From an uncultured Spirochaetota bacterium (GTDB taxonomy: Bacteria > Spirochaetota > Spirochaetia > SZUA-6 > Fen-1364): a DNA stretch of 64,000 bases. Below are positions 20,488-30,677 of this stretch, one piece after another. The position numbers and the translations under genes are program-made. Position 1 is the first letter of the stretch. Each line of letters starts with the position of its first letter. The notes beneath the pieces were generated by a model. It was not told the origin of the DNA, made no database searches, and saw only the letters and a program-made list of their open reading frames with translations. The stretch is from positions 832,001 through 896,000 of the forward strand of contig CAVTHO010000007.1 in the NCBI GenBank assembly GCA_963734545.1, written 5' to 3'.

Positions 20488-21246
20488 TCATTTCTGGAGC
20501 AGGCTTTTCAGGAGCTTCAGGTCGTCCCACACCGGCTTTCGAAGCGACGCCTTGTCACGCAGCACCGCGCTGGGATGGTAGGTGACGACCACGGGAATCG
20601 CCCTGTCGGGAGATTGCAGAATCTCCCGCGGAAGCTGGTGGATCCTGCCGCGAAGCTCGCCCAGGCTCGCCGTGGTGCGGAGGACTGTCTGCGCGGCGAT
20701 CCTTCCCAGGCAGCAGATTACCCGCGGCTTCAGGATCGTGATTTGCCTCACCAGGTACGGCAGGCAGGCGCCGATCTCATCCGGGTGCGGCTCACGGTTC
20801 TGCGGCGGCCGGCATTTCACGCAATTGGCGATGAAGCACTGCTCGCGCGCGAGCCCTATTGGAGGCAGCCATGTATCCAGGTATTTCCCGGCCGCCCCGA
20901 CAAACGGCCGGCCGGTCCGGTCTTCTTCGGCGCCCGGGCCCTCGCCGATGAAGAGCACCTCCGGGTCCAGGGAGCCCTCTCCCGGCACGGTCGTATTCCT
21001 GTTCGCCGAAAGACCGCATCTCACGCAGGAAGCCACCTCGGCGCCGATCGCCGCGAGCGAGCCGGTGCGATCCTGCCCGGCCGGGGGCGTCGTCCCTCGC
21101 GCACCGGTGTCTTCGAGCACCAGCTCAGGATGCGCACGGGAGTATCCCGTTGCGAGCCAGTCCTCCAGGAGGTCGAGCGCTTTCCACGCGGCGCGGTACG
21201 CGTCGTCATTCATGTGGGACCCCGGGGACTGTGCTTTCGGCGTCAT
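20488..21246 (-). CDS. Uracil-DNA glycosylase family 4
   Basis: CVRCGL, IGEGPG.EED..GRPFVG.AG, KCRPP.NR, TYHPSA; true start may be 21213. Confidence 0.92.
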   Translation of the reverse strand: MTPKAQSPGSHMNDDAYRAAWKALDLLEDWLATGYSRAHPELVLEDTGARGTTPPAGQDRTGSLAAIGAEVASCVRCGLSANRNTTVPGEGSLDPEVLFIGEGPGAEEDRTGRPFVGAAGKYLDTWLPPIGLAREQCFIANCVKCRPPQNREPHPDEIGACLPYLVRQITILKPRVICCLGRIAAQTVLRTTASLGELRGRIHQLPREILQSPDRAIPVVVTYHPSAVLRDKASLRKPVWDDLKLLKSLLQK

Positions 21247-21985
21247 ACACTACCCTTTCGAGAAAAAGGCCTTTTGCAGGCGCCGTGCCGCCCGCGTTCG
21301 ACCGGGAACCGGATTCGATGATGAGACGCATCTCCCGCGCGCCGAGGCCCTGCTCCTCCAGCATGAGGAATGTGCCGATGATCGTGCGCACCATCTTCCA
21401 CAGGAACGAGGTTGCGGCGATGGTATAGACAAGCGTGTCTCCTTCGGCATGAAAAGCGGATGTCCATACGCGCCGCACCTTCGACAGGTTGGCATCTCCT
21501 TCCGCTGAAAAACAGCGGAAATCGTGCTCGCCAGTCAGGACGGAAGCCATTTCGTTCATCCGCACGATGTCGATGTGCCTTCGCACCCAGTGACGGTAAT
21601 TGCGGAGGTGGGGAAGAAGGACAGGGCCGCACACCGTGTAGTACCTGTACACCCGCAGCCGGGCGGATCTCCTGGCGTGGAACCGCGGCCCCACCTCCTC
21701 GCTGGCAATCACGCGCACATCGGGGGGCAGATAGGAGTTCACCGCGTCCCGAAAACGCTCCGGCGCAATCGAGTCGATGTCGGAATGGAAGTTCGCGACC
21801 TGCCCCGTGGCGTGCACGCCCGAGTCTGTTCTGCCCGCGGCCAGGACATGCACCGGGTGCCCGTGCATCCGCGCAAGGCCCTCCTGCATCACCCCTTGCA
21901 CCGTCCTGCCTCTCTTCTGGAGCTGCCAGCCGAGAAAATCGGTGCCGTCGTAAGCGAGAGTCAGCTTGATGTTTCTTTCCGCCAT
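21206..21985 (-). CDS. truA: tRNA pseudouridine(38-40) synthase
   Basis: AYDGTDFLGWQ, AGRTDSGVHA.GQ, FLWKMVR, TAPAKGLFL. Confidence 0.95.
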   Translation of the reverse strand: MAERNIKLTLAYDGTDFLGWQLQKRGRTVQGVMQEGLARMHGHPVHVLAAGRTDSGVHATGQVANFHSDIDSIAPERFRDAVNSYLPPDVRVIASEEVGPRFHARRSARLRVYRYYTVCGPVLLPHLRNYRHWVRRHIDIVRMNEMASVLTGEHDFRCFSAEGDANLSKVRRVWTSAFHAEGDTLVYTIAATSFLWKMVRTIIGTFLMLEEQGLGAREMRLIIESGSRSNAGGTAPAKGLFLERVVYDAESTVPGVPHE

Positions 21986-22901
21986 GACGGTAGGTGAAGC
22001 CCATGACCGGCGGCTACGGACGCGTCGGCTGCGGCGTCCGAGGCCCCTCCCGGCTGGAGCCGCTGCATCTCTTCCCCCATCTGCTCGTACACTTCCTTTG
22101 CCTTGTCGAGAATGGCCGCCGGTCTGTTCTTCGACGATTTCCCCACGCCGAATATCTTTGCCATCATCCGCCTGTCGTATTGCAGGTTCGCGGCGCGTTT
22201 CGCCGGGTCCTCCGTGGGACCGTGCCGGTAGTCCAGGTATGCGGCGAGGTAGATCACGCCGTAGTATCCATAGTTCTTGTCCAGGTCCGGACCGAACGCG
22301 AGATTGGCGTCGAAGGCTTCCTGCCCGGCGCTCTCCTTCTCTATGGCAAGCTGGTAGTAGAATCGCGCCTTTCTGTAGAAGACCTTGCAGAGGTGGTCCC
22401 AGTTCTCGGTCGGCTCGGTCTTGTGCAGGTCGGAAAGGAGCCATGCCGCGCGCAGAGAGGAAAGCCCCGCCTTGTAGGTCGGATTGGCTTTCTTGTCATA
22501 GAAGTCATAGCACATCATCGGCGAGGAAGTAGCTTGCTATCCCTTCCTTCAAGGTGCGCGGCGCGGTGAAGTCGAGCATGGGGAAGATCAAGGCGATACT
22601 GTCGCGGCGCTCGTCCGCGTTCAACTCCGCCTTCCTGAAACCGGAGTCGGGTATGGCGGAAAAATCCTGCGGGAAGGTGGAGAAAAGACAGCTCGGGCAG
22701 ACGCAGACAGGGTAGATCAGGGGATGTATCTCTCCGAATTTCCTGGACGGCTCATAGAGCCTTCGGAGCTCGGGATTGAGATCTCCCGCAATGAGCCGAC
22801 CGCCGCCGGAAAGCAGGTCCTCGCGATAGAACTTCGTGTCGCATATCGGGCAGGACGGTCTGCTTCTTCTCGAAGAAGGTGATCTTCTGAGTCTCTTTCA
22901 T
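21961..22901 (-). CDS. DUF2225-family protein (about three frameshifts; 3' end uncertain)
   Basis: Reconstructed MKETQKITFF..CPICDTKFYREDLLSGGGRLIAG..VCPSC..LRAAWL..FGPDLDKNYG; lies between acpS and truA. Confidence 0.8.
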
Positions 22902-23278
22902 GACGCCTCCCCTTCGATGATCACCACCGCGAGCGCGTTGTCACGCTCGTGGGAGAGCGAGCACACCAGCCGGCTGCCCCCCAGCTCCTTGAACGCGGCT
23001 TCCGCGGCGCCCGTCAGCATCATGAAGGGCTTGCCGTGGCTGTCGTTGAGCACGGCGATGTCGCGCAGGGCGAAGTGCCGCAGCCCTGAGCCGATGGCCT
23101 TGCCGAAGGCTTCTTTTGCGGCGAACCTCGCGGCAAGAGAGAGTATCCCCGCCTCGCCCCGCGGGAGCGTGAGGGCGAGCTCTTCAGGATGGAAAAAGCG
23201 GTCGTACAGTCCCTCGATGTTTTTCCATCTTCGGATACGTTCCACGTGCACCACGTCGATTCCCACGCCGAGTATCAC
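22898..23278 (-). CDS. acpS: Holo-ACP synthase
   Basis: GVGIDVV, LAARFAAKEAFGKA, SLSHE. Confidence 0.95.
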   Translation of the reverse strand: MILGVGIDVVHVERIRRWKNIEGLYDRFFHPEELALTLPRGEAGILSLAARFAAKEAFGKAIGSGLRHFALRDIAVLNDSHGKPFMMLTGAAEAAFKELGGSRLVCSLSHERDNALAVVIIEGEAS

Positions 23279-23291
23279 GGGCCCACGCCTC

Positions 23292-24245
23292 CTATCTGCC
23301 CGAGGACACGATATCCACCGTGACCTCCTTGGGAGACCAGTCCATCACGATCACGTTCGGGACAGCGGTTGCATCCGGCCGGATGCGCGCAAGAAATTGC
23401 CCGGCCCGTTTCGCGCCGGAGCAGTCCAGCAGCAGACGCAGCTGGTCCGGCCGGACTGCGTCCACGACGATCTGCGCGCCGGAAAGCTGCATGCTTCCGG
23501 GCGCGGGCGGCGCCTTCAACGCGAGATGAGACGAGAGATCGACGGGGGTCAGAGGCACCGGCTCCACCGTGCGGCTCACGATGGACTCCTGCACGGTGGC
23601 GCGAAAGTCCGCCGCCGCTTCTCCCGCGATCCTCACAAGGGTGTTCGGCAGGATGATCTTCACCTTGGAGGCGAAGCTGCCCGTTCGGCCGGTGAGGTCG
23701 ATGACTTCCGTGGACAGTGAGGTGATCCCCTGCACGCGGCTGCGCGCTCCGCGGATCACGACATTCTGCGGGGATATGACCGACTGGACCAGACCGTAGC
23801 CGTAGGCGGGCGCGCCGCGGATATCCGGGGTGACGATGACCCTGCGCTCGGCGAGGGGCTCGAGGGCGAAGGTGATTTCCTGCGGCTCCACCGTTACTTC
23901 CAGCGGCTCGACATTCAGCGCCGTCCCCTTGCGCGCCACCTTCACCTCTTCGCGATACACCCCCGCGTTCTTCTGCGCATCGAGGCTCACCGAGGCTGCC
24001 AGGTCGTCCTCGAGGATCGGCAGGATGGACTCTTCCGTTCCGCGAAGGGTGACACGGACTGTGCGGGGAAACGCGGAGGCAACGGCGAGTCCCGAGGGAG
24101 TTGTCACCTCCAGCGGGACGTTTACGAACCTCTCCGAGAGCGTGGTGACCCTGTGGAGAAGCAGAAGGATCACGGCCGCGGTGAGGCAGATCACCTTGAC
24201 AGGGAGATCGGCGAGGAGCGCACGAATGAACCGCCTTCCCGTCAT
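23292..24245 (-). CDS. cdaR: CdaR/YbbR-like diadenylate cyclase regulator
   Basis: N-terminal TM, YbbR-like beta-rich repeats, directly after cdaA. Confidence 0.8.
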   Translation of the reverse strand: MTGRRFIRALLADLPVKVICLTAAVILLLLHRVTTLSERFVNVPLEVTTPSGLAVASAFPRTVRVTLRGTEESILPILEDDLAASVSLDAQKNAGVYREEVKVARKGTALNVEPLEVTVEPQEITFALEPLAERRVIVTPDIRGAPAYGYGLVQSVISPQNVVIRGARSRVQGITSLSTEVIDLTGRTGSFASKVKIILPNTLVRIAGEAAADFRATVQESIVSRTVEPVPLTPVDLSSHLALKAPPAPGSMQLSGAQIVVDAVRPDQLRLLLDCSGAKRAGQFLARIRPDATAVPNVIVMDWSPKEVTVDIVSSGR

Positions 24246-25028
24246 TCAGCTTCCTCCACGCGCCGGTCGAGGCGCAGCAGGCTCTTCAACCCGGCTTTCA
24301 CCTCCGCGAGCGGAAGGTTGTAGCGTATGTTGCCGTCGTAGGCGAGAGACACCGCCCCATTCTCCTCTGAAACGACCACGACCAGCGCGTCGGACTCTTC
24401 AGCCAGCCCGAGGGCGGCGCGGTGCCGGGCGCCGAATGCGCTCTCCACGTCTTCCCGCTCGGACAGGGGGAGGAAGCAGCCCGCGGCGACGATTCGGTCC
24501 CCTTCGACGATCACGGCCCCGTCGTGCAGCGGCGGTTCCTTCGAAGAATATGGTGGTGAGCAGGTTGATGGAGAGCTCCGCATTCAGCGGTGTGCCGGTC
24601 TGGACGATGTTCTTCACCCCGACGCGCCGGGGAAGAACGATCAGCGCCCCGCGGCGGCGCGCGGAGAGCGTCTCCACGGCGCCCATGAGCGTCTCCACGC
24701 TCGGAGTGACGGCGCGCACGCCTGCGCGGAACCATTCGCGGCTGCCGATCTGGGTGAATATCTTGCGCAGCTCGGGCTGGAAGATGATGGCGATGGCGAT
24801 GACGAGGCCGGGAACGAGCACGTTCAGGATCCACAGGAGCGTCGCGAGCCTCAGGAAGAAGGAGACCGCGTAGATGAGCAGCATCACCACGGTGCCCTTG
24901 AGGAGCTGCACCGCCCGGGTCTGCACGAGGATCTGCCAGCTCTTGTACAGGAGGTAGGCGAGGATGAGGACGTCCAGCGCCGGGCGGATCACCTCGCGGA
25001 CCACCCATGCATTCAGGAGCGGGTTCAT
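24242..25028 (-). CDS. cdaA: Diadenylate cyclase CdaA (frameshift near 24540)
   Basis: Three TMs, [30 protein letters not shown]. Confidence 0.92.
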
Positions 25029-25037
25029 CGAGTGCGC

Positions 25038-26262
25038 CTACGCCCCGATCCGCCGGACCGAATCGATGATCTTGACCATTTCAACGGCTTCCGCCACGTC
25101 ATGCACGCGGATGATGTTGGCGCCGTTGATGATGGCCAGCGTGTTGGCGGTGATGGTCCCGATGAGTCTTCTCTCCACGGGCCTGTCGAGGATCTCTCCG
25201 ATGAAGCTCTTGCGGGAGAGACCGATGAGAATGGGAAAGTTGAGTGACTTTCAGGGACGCCAGCTCCTTGATGAGGCGCAGGTTGTCCTGCATGCGCTTG
25301 CCAAAGCCGATGCCCGGATCGACGATGATCATTTCCGGCGCGATTCCCGCCCCCATGGCGGCGACGATGGACGCCTGCAGCTCGCGGAGTATCTCGCTGA
25401 TCGTGTTCTTGTAGTGCACCTGCTTCTGCATGGTCCTCGGCGTGCCGCGCATGTGCATGAGCACGACCGGCACGCCGCGGCGCGCCACCAGCCGGGCGAG
25501 CTCTTCGTTGTGGCGCAGGCCCGAGATGTCGTTGACGATGTCCGCTCCCGCGTCCAGGGCCCGTTCCGCCACGCCCTTCTTCCGCGTGTCCACGGAGATC
25601 ATGACGTCAGAGCCGTCACGCAGCGCATGGATCACGGGGATCACGCGGCGGATCTCCTCTTCCTCTGTCACCCCTTCGGAACCGGGCCGGGTGGATTCAC
25701 CGCCCACGTCGATGATATTCACTCCTGCTTCGATCATTTCGTGCGCCGTCTTCAGCGCATCCTTGATCGTCGTCGACCTGCTGCCGGGAAAGAATGAATC
25801 CGGCGTGCAATTGAGTATCCCCATGACATACGTCGTATGGCTGAAATCGAGCATCCGGTTGCCCCACGACATGACCCGGTTCCCGCCTGCCGTGCACGCG
25901 GCGATTTCCTCGCCGATTCCGTCCAGGCCGAAAGGCTCTCCCTTGAGACGCGCGGCGAGGAGCCGCAGCGTGTGACGGCTGCCCGTAACGATCACGTCAG
26001 TTTCCCGCACTGTCAGCTCATCCGCCTCCTTGCGCATGGCCAGCCCGCCGCCCAGGGTCTCCAGGTGCGTCTTGATGAGCTTTGCGGCCCGGGTGTCTAT
26101 TCCTTCCAGCTTGATCGTGCAGTAGAAGAACTTGTCGGCCATCCCATCGATCTCCGCCTCGGGGACATCGATGTCGCTCAAGTGCCTGCGCAGATCACCC
26201 GCCGTGACGATATCGATGGGGTGGGCGTTCGTATCTGATGCTTTGAGAAAAGTCGAAGCCAC
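25038..26262 (-). CDS. folP: Dihydropteroate synthase with N-terminal extension (frameshift near 25250)
   Basis: MGILNCTPDSF, DVGGESTRPG, DPGIGFGK, then GLSRKSFIG and IIRVHDV in the next frame; stop at 25038. Confidence 0.92.
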
Positions 26263-26324
26263 GCCGGGGATTCTAACAGTCGCTTTCCAGAAGCGTCAAG
26301 TTGGGGAGGGCGGATGCGTCCCGC

Positions 26325-27089
26325 TCACTGAGAGAATACGACGTCGATCAGGCGATTGAGATAGAGGAGCAGCAACTCCTTCTTGCGCGCGTCAGAGATA
26401 ACCAGGGATTGCTGGGGGGACTGCGCCGCGCCGGTTGCAGCCTGCGCTCCAGGCGCCGGCGCGGCGGGCGCGGCGGGCTGCGCGGCCGCTGGCGTGCCGG
26501 CGGCAGGCGCAATGGCAGCCGCGGGAACCGGGGTGAGCAGCGTCCGGAGGTCGGCCTGCGTGAGCACGTCTTTTGCGGAAGCAAGGAAGGTGGTATAGAC
26601 GAGCCGCGAGTTTGCCAGGCGCGAGAAGTTGATGGTCCCCTTCTGGTCCAGGAGACCGGGAGAGACGGAACCGCTCACCGTGATTGACTCATTCTTGCCC
26701 TGCACGGAGACCGCGCGCGATCCCTGGACCTGCGCGCTCCCGTCCGGATTCACTGCGGTCACCACCACGGGAACCTGCGTCTTGAGGCTGAGGCTGTCTT
26801 TCCCCGTCGTGCTCTGGGCTCCGCCCGTGCGCACCTGGGGAAGAAACGAGAACAAATTCCCGGAGTCGCCTCCGGTGAACTCGAGCGTGAGGTTCTTTGT
26901 GTCGTTGCTAGAAGCGGAAAATGAGAGAGAGGAGGAGGCGTCGATCTGCACGACGATGGTGTCTCCGACGGCGAACCCACGTCCGCCGGAAAGGTATCCC
27001 TTGAAGTCGGGAGACCAGAGGCTGTCCCCTCCTGCCCGCGTGAGCGCGGCAAGGAGCAGAACAGGCACCATGACCCTTGCAGCTTTCAC
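26325..27089 (-). CDS. FlgH (flagellar L-ring)-like secreted protein lacking a lipobox
   Basis: SLW..VGDTIVVQI, V.VTAVNPDG...VQG.R, E.I.VSG.V.P, LANSRLVY match the FlgH pattern. Confidence 0.7.
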   Translation of the reverse strand: MKAARVMVPVLLLAALTRAGGDSLWSPDFKGYLSGGRGFAVGDTIVVQIDASSSLSFSASSNDTKNLTLEFTGGDSGNLFSFLPQVRTGGAQSTTGKDSLSLKTQVPVVVTAVNPDGSAQVQGSRAVSVQGKNESITVSGSVSPGLLDQKGTINFSRLANSRLVYTTFLASAKDVLTQADLRTLLTPVPAAAIAPAAGTPAAAQPAAPAAPAPGAQAATGAAQSPQQSLVISDARKKELLLLYLNRLIDVVFSQ

Positions 27090-27116
27090 CGACCGCTCCT
27101 CCCCGGAGGCCGCGCC

Positions 27117-27212
27117 TTAGCGCAGCTTCTTCTTGTGCCGGTTGGCCCTCAGTTTCTTCTTCCTCTTGTGGGTGGCAATCTTGTGTCGCTTTCTTTTCTT
27201 CCCGCAGGGCAC
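27117..27212 (-). CDS. Small basic ribosomal protein bS22 / AURKAIP1-COX24-like, 31 aa
   Basis: GTG-start MPCGKKRKRHKIATHKRKKKLRANRHKKKLR with AAGGAG RBS, downstream of miaA. Confidence 0.85.
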   Translation of the reverse strand: MPCGKKRKRHKIATHKRKKKLRANRHKKKLR

Positions 27213-27294
27213 AGTGCCTACTCCTTTCGGTTATTCTTGTCCGCGATATGAATTGCGTGACAGCCACCCACTATGCGTGTTTCACGGCTCGTGG

Positions 27295-28224
27295 TCAAGT
27301 GCTTCCGGCAATGAACGCCTCGATCCTCTCCCTCACCTCTGATGGCCGGTCAGGGCTCATCCACACAACGTCGGGGACTGCCCGGAAAAAGGTGAGCTGG
27401 CGCTTGGCATACCTGCGCGTGGTGCGCGCAATGAGATCCCGCACGCCGGCCATCGTCAGACACCCCGCGCGCATCTGCAGCAATTCCCGGTAGCCGATGC
27501 CGCGCATGCCGGGGTCTTTCGGGCCGTAGCCCAGGGCGATCAAAGTCTTGACTTCCTTCAAAAACCCTTCGTTGAACATGCGCTCCACGCGCTCGCCGAT
27601 CCTGCGGTACAGCTCCTCCCGCTCCCTCTCGAGGCCGATGAGCAGGAATCGGAAATCCGCGCGCGGCGTGCGGGGCCATCGAAACGAAAACAGGGACCTG
27701 CCCGTGCTTTCGTGCACCTCCAGCGCCCTGATGATCCTGTACCGGTCGTTGGGCTGGATACGGGCCGCACCCCCTGGGTCACGCTGCTGCAGCAGGCTGT
27801 ACAGCCCTTCGGGACCTGACTGACGCTCCAGGGCGCGAAACTTCTCGCGTACCGCGGGATCCACGGGCGGCGATTCGGGCAGGCCGTAGAGAAAGCTCGT
27901 GATGTAGAATGCCGTCCCCCCGCATATGACGGGGAAATTGCCCCTGCTTCTGATCGAGGGGACGAGGGCCTCGGCCGCCTTCACGAACCAGCCGGCATTG
28001 AACTGCTCCGACGGGTTCGCGACGTCGACGAGATGATGCGTCAGCCGGGCGCGCGATTGGAGAGACGGCTTGGCCGTCCCGACATCCATGTGACGGAATA
28101 CCTGCAGCGAATCCGCATTGATGATCTCGAATCGCTGGTCAAAGAGGGAAAAAAGGAGCTCGGACTTTCCTACGGCCGTGGGGCCGAATATGACTATAAC
28201 GGGAGGCGGGCCGACATCCATCAC
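27295..28224 (-). CDS. miaA: tRNA dimethylallyltransferase
   Basis: GPTAVGKS, INADSLQV, VGTAKP, GIGYRE, YAKRQLTFF. Confidence 0.96.
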   Translation of the reverse strand: MMDVGPPPVIVIFGPTAVGKSELLFSLFDQRFEIINADSLQVFRHMDVGTAKPSLQSRARLTHHLVDVANPSEQFNAGWFVKAAEALVPSIRSRGNFPVICGGTAFYITSFLYGLPESPPVDPAVREKFRALERQSGPEGLYSLLQQRDPGGAARIQPNDRYRIIRALEVHESTGRSLFSFRWPRTPRADFRFLLIGLEREREELYRRIGERVERMFNEGFLKEVKTLIALGYGPKDPGMRGIGYRELLQMRAGCLTMAGVRDLIARTTRRYAKRQLTFFRAVPDVVWMSPDRPSEVRERIEAFIAGST

Positions 28225-29164
28225 TGCCCTTTATACATCATGCCGGCGCCGATCATCGGGGAGTCTTCGCCGAGCGAAGCCTTGCCGATGCGGAAACCCG
28301 GCGACCGGACGCCCCGCGCATAGGCATGCGCCAGGACGAACTCGCGCACCGGGAGAACGAGGAGATCCTCCTGCTCGCACATGCCGCCGCTCAACACGAC
28401 GAGGCCTGGTGAAAGCAGGTTCACAACGTTCACAATCCCGATGCCGAGGTAACGCGCGCTTCGGCGAATCACCTCGAGGCAATCGGGGTCCCCGTCCCGG
28501 GCCAGTTGGAACACCTCTTCGGCGCTGCTTGCCCCGGCCCCCGGCCCGGCCCGCGCATGCGGCGAGCCGCATTCACGATCGCTGTTCCCGAGCAATAGGC
28601 TTCGAGGCAGCCTGACTTCCCGCAGGCGCACGGAAGACCATTCTCCTGCACGAGGATATGCCCGATCTCCCCCGCGGTGTTGAGCCCTCCGTGGAATATC
28701 TTCCCGTTGACGACGATGCCGCCCCCTATGCCCGTGCCGAGAGTGATGCACACGAGGACCGGTTCCCCCTTCCCCGCGCCCATGAGGTACTCGGCGAAGG
28801 CGGCGGCACGCGCGTCCTGGACAAGAGCAATGCCGGCAGCAGGAAATGCGGAAAAGTACCGTCCGACGTGTACGTCACTCCACCCCAGATTCGGAGCAAA
28901 CAGGATCGACTGCCGGGCATCATCGACCGTGCCGGGGAAGCCCAGGCCAACGAAGCCTATGTCCGTCGGGCGCAGTCCTGCCGCCTGCACCACGCCTTCC
29001 GCCTCGCCGCGGATGAACTCCATGGTCGCGGCGCTGCTGCGCTTCATCTCCCGGATGTCTGCCTTGCGCCTGCCGAGCAATTCACCTTCCCCGTTGAGGA
29101 TCCCGATGCGCATGTTGCTCGCCCCGACGTCGATTCCGATGCTATAACGGATTGCTGCTTTCAA
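28221..29164 (-). CDS. ROK-family sugar kinase (frameshift near 28550)
   Basis: GIDVGAS, GTGIGGG, AGEIGH, CACGKSGCLEAY; TTG start with GGGGAG RBS; no HTH. Confidence 0.88.
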
Positions 29165-30674
29165 AGTCTCCCCAAATGCCGTCCAGCGCGTCGGATACCT
29201 TCCGGTAGCGCGCGTATTTCCGCGCATAGATCGCCGCATTGCCGGCGCCGGGTTCCAGACGATGCGTGATCTTGACCATGTGCGCGGCCGCGTCCGGCAG
29301 GTCCCGGTACACGCCGGAGACGACCGCGGCGGCCATGGCACTGCCGAGAGCGCCTATTTCCTTCACATCGACGGTCTCTACCGGCAGCTGGAACACGTCC
29401 GCAAAAATCTGGGCCCAGGTCCTCGACTTTGCCGCGCCTCCAGCCAGGCGGACCGCGGCCGGCCGATTCCTGTTCTTCAGGAGCTTTTCCACGTGGACCA
29501 TGTGACAGAACACGATGCCCTCGTACACGGCCCGAATCATCTCGGACCGCGTCGTCGTCGCTTCGAGCCCTGCAAAACACGCCCTCGCCTGGGGATTGTA
29601 GTTCGATCCATAGATATACGGAAGGAATACGGGAATCTGCTCTTCAGGGCCGACGGCCGCGGCGAGCTCCTCGGCTCGCTCGTACACGCTTATCCCCCGT
29701 TCCTGTGCATGCCTCTTTTCCTCGTCGAGAAAGAGCTCGGTGAACCATTCGTTGTTTCCGGCAGAGGTCGGGCTGCTCTCCTCCACCAGGTAATAGCCGG
29801 GAATGCAGAAGAGCGAGTTCATCATTATGGACCTGTTCAGCACCGGCGTGCGGGAAATGTATTCGTTGATGCCCCAGGTGCCCGCGATCACGCAGAGGTT
29901 CTCTTCGCTGGTCACATCCATCGCAACGGCGCATGCATCGATATCGAACATGCCGCCGGCAACCGGTGTGCCTGCCCGCAGCCCTGTTGCCGCTGCCGCC
30001 GCTGAAGATATGGTGCCGCAGCATTCAGTGGAGTATCCGAGCGGCGGGAGCCTGTCGAACAGGTCGCCCAGGCCGAAGGCCTCGAGCAGGTCTTCGTCGA
30101 AGCGCACGTCCCGGATATTCATGAGGCTGGAACCGGAGTAGTCCGTCACCTCGGCAAAGGCCTCCCCGGTCAGCCGGAATCGGATATAGTCCTTTGCTTC
30201 GAATATCCACCGGACCTTCTCGAGGATCCCGGGCCGATTGTCCTTCAACCAGCGAAGCAGGGACACTGGTTGACAGGCGAGAACCTTCTGAAACGTCTTT
30301 TCGAACACCCTTTCCGCGGTTCCGTCTTTCTCCCATCGCTGCGCATACTCCCACGCGCGGGTGTCTGTCGAGATTATGCCGTGATACGCCGGGGTGCCGT
30401 CCCTGCCCCAGAGATAGAGCCCTTTCCCGTGCCCCGTGCACGCCACCCCACGTATGTCCTCGGGGGAGGCGCCGGATCGTGTGATCGCTTCCTGTATGAC
30501 GTCGCAGTTTGCGCGCCAGAGCAGGTCCATGTCGCGCTCGGTGAACCCCGGCTGCGGCGCGATGACGGGAACCTTGCGGGAGGCCCCGGCGATCTCGGCT
30601 CCCCGACCGTCGAACAGGACCGCCTTCGTGAGAGTGCCGCCATTGTCGATCCCGAGGAAACAGGCCCCGCGCAT
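29142..30674 (-). CDS. FGGY carbohydrate kinase, L-xylulose/3-keto-L-gulonate kinase (LyxK)-like
   Basis: GIDNGGT.TKA, TGHGKGLYL, GIISTD.RA, GGMFDI.AC, ESSPTSAGN. Confidence 0.85.
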   Translation of the reverse strand: MRGACFLGIDNGGTLTKAVLFDGRGAEIAGASRKVPVIAPQPGFTERDMDLLWRANCDVIQEAITRSGASPEDIRGVACTGHGKGLYLWGRDGTPAYHGIISTDTRAWEYAQRWEKDGTAERVFEKTFQKVLACQPVSLLRWLKDNRPGILEKVRWIFEAKDYIRFRLTGEAFAEVTDYSGSSLMNIRDVRFDEDLLEAFGLGDLFDRLPPLGYSTECCGTISSAAAAATGLRAGTPVAGGMFDIDACAVAMDVTSEENLCVIAGTWGINEYISRTPVLNRSIMMNSLFCIPGYYLVEESSPTSAGNNEWFTELFLDEEKRHAQERGISVYERAEELAAAVGPEEQIPVFLPYIYGSNYNPQARACFAGLEATTTRSEMIRAVYEGIVFCHMVHVEKLLKNRNRPAAVRLAGGAAKSRTWAQIFADVFQLPVETVDVKEIGALGSAMAAAVVSGVYRDLPDAAAHMVKITHRLEPGAGNAAIYARKYARYRKVSDALDGIWGDFESSNPL

Positions 30675-30677
30675 GTC

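Noticed and set aside
18522-26262. Programmed frameshifting or pseudogenisation of priA, DUF2225, cdaA and folP
   Set aside because: Indels are scattered, lack slippery-site context and hit essential genes; sequencing error is simpler
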